From NCBI GenBank assembly GCA_013239625.1, contig MU053216.1:2570943-2634942 (forward strand): a stretch of 64,000 nucleotides of DNA, in the 5' to 3' direction. A program made the position numbers and the translations under genes. The notes beneath the pieces were generated by a model. It did not search any database. It worked only from the letters and a program-made list of their open reading frames with translations, and had not been told where the DNA came from. Shown piece after piece: positions 63,202 through 64,000 of this stretch. The first letter of the stretch is position 1, and each line of letters starts with the position of its first letter. This stretch comes from Lama guanicoe. Lineage: Eukaryota.

Positions 63202-63930
63202 AGGGAGCCCTCCTTCACTGCTGGTGGGAATGCAGTTTGGTGCAGCCACTGTGGAAAATACTATGGAGATTCCTCAAAAGACTAGGAATAGACTTACTGT
63301 ATGACCCAGGAATCCCACTCTTGGGCTTGTATCCAGAAGGAATCCTACTTCAGGATGACACCTGCACCCCAATGCTCATAGTAGCACTATTTACAATAGC
63401 CAAGACATGGAAACAGCCTAAATGTCCATCAATAGATGACTGGATAAAGAAGAGTTGATATATTTATACAATGGAATACTACTCAGCCATAAAAACTGAC
63501 AACATAATGCCATTTGCAGCAACAGGGATGTTCCTGGAGAATGTCATTCTAAGTGAAGTAAGCCAGAAAGAGAAAGAAAAATATCATATGAGATTGCTCA
63601 TATGTGGAATCTAAAAAAAAAAAACAAAACAACAAAGCATAAATACAAAACAGAAACAGACTCATAGACATAGAATACAAACTTGTGGTTGCCAAGGGGG
63701 CAGGGGGTGGGAAGGGATAGATGGGATTTCAAAATTGTAGAATAGATAAACAAGATTATACTGTATAGCACAGGGAAATGTACACAAGATCTTATGGTAG
63801 CTCACAGAGAAAAAAATGTGACCATGAATATATATATGTTCATGTATAACTGAAAAATTGCGCTCTACACTGGAATTTGACACAACATTGTAAAATGATT
63901 ATAAATCAATAAAAAAATGCTAAAAAAAAA
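63202..63930 (+). mobile_element. Relatively young LINE-1, 5'-truncated
   Basis: ORF2 C-terminal peptide [32 protein letters not shown]...CTPMLIVALFTIAKTWKQPKCPSIDDWIKK; AATAAA and polyA; 11-bp TSD AGTCATGATGT (63191-63201) / AGTCATGACGT (63931-63941). Confidence 0.96.
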
Positions 63931-64000
63931 AGTCATGACGTGCCAGAGCCCTCAGAGTCACACAAGCACATAGCTGTAAATGGCAAGCTGGCTTTCACAC

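Noticed and set aside
63237..63458. L1 ORF2 as functional CDS
   Set aside because: 5'-truncated fragment lacking endonuclease and RT, with a premature stop
1..64000. CRISPR array, operon or prokaryotic/viral defence system
   Set aside because: No regularly spaced direct repeats and no gene-dense architecture; the sequence is mammalian and repeat-laden, and the RT-like remnants are dead retroelements

Overview
Mammalian genomic DNA, very probably camelid (alpaca, llama or camel). The evidence is two tRNA-Ala-like Vic-1-type SINEs and cetartiodactyl-type L1 3' ends. I find no credible protein-coding exon, RNA gene or CRISPR array; the supplied ORFs fall in GC-rich patches, microsatellites, repeats or unrecognisable non-coding sequence. 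The window is intergenic or deep intronic and has three components. (i) Transposon fossils of many ages: L1 (several with target-site duplications), an ERV-L internal gag-pro-pol remnant, MaLR/ERVL LTRs, MIR, L2 and a CR1/L3 RT remnant. (ii) About eight short CpG-rich peaks, the strongest at 20.75-21.25 kb and 40.6-42.3 kb. (iii) Several repeat-free blocks rich in homeodomain-type motifs that resemble developmental enhancers. The most notable sequence-level signal is a strong, patchy AT-to-GC shift inside old repeats, suggesting that some CpG peaks arose by GC-biased gene conversion rather than being promoters. I cannot identify the locus or neighbouring gene and cannot support a novel biological system. 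Repeat subfamily names and boundaries are by eye and approximate.
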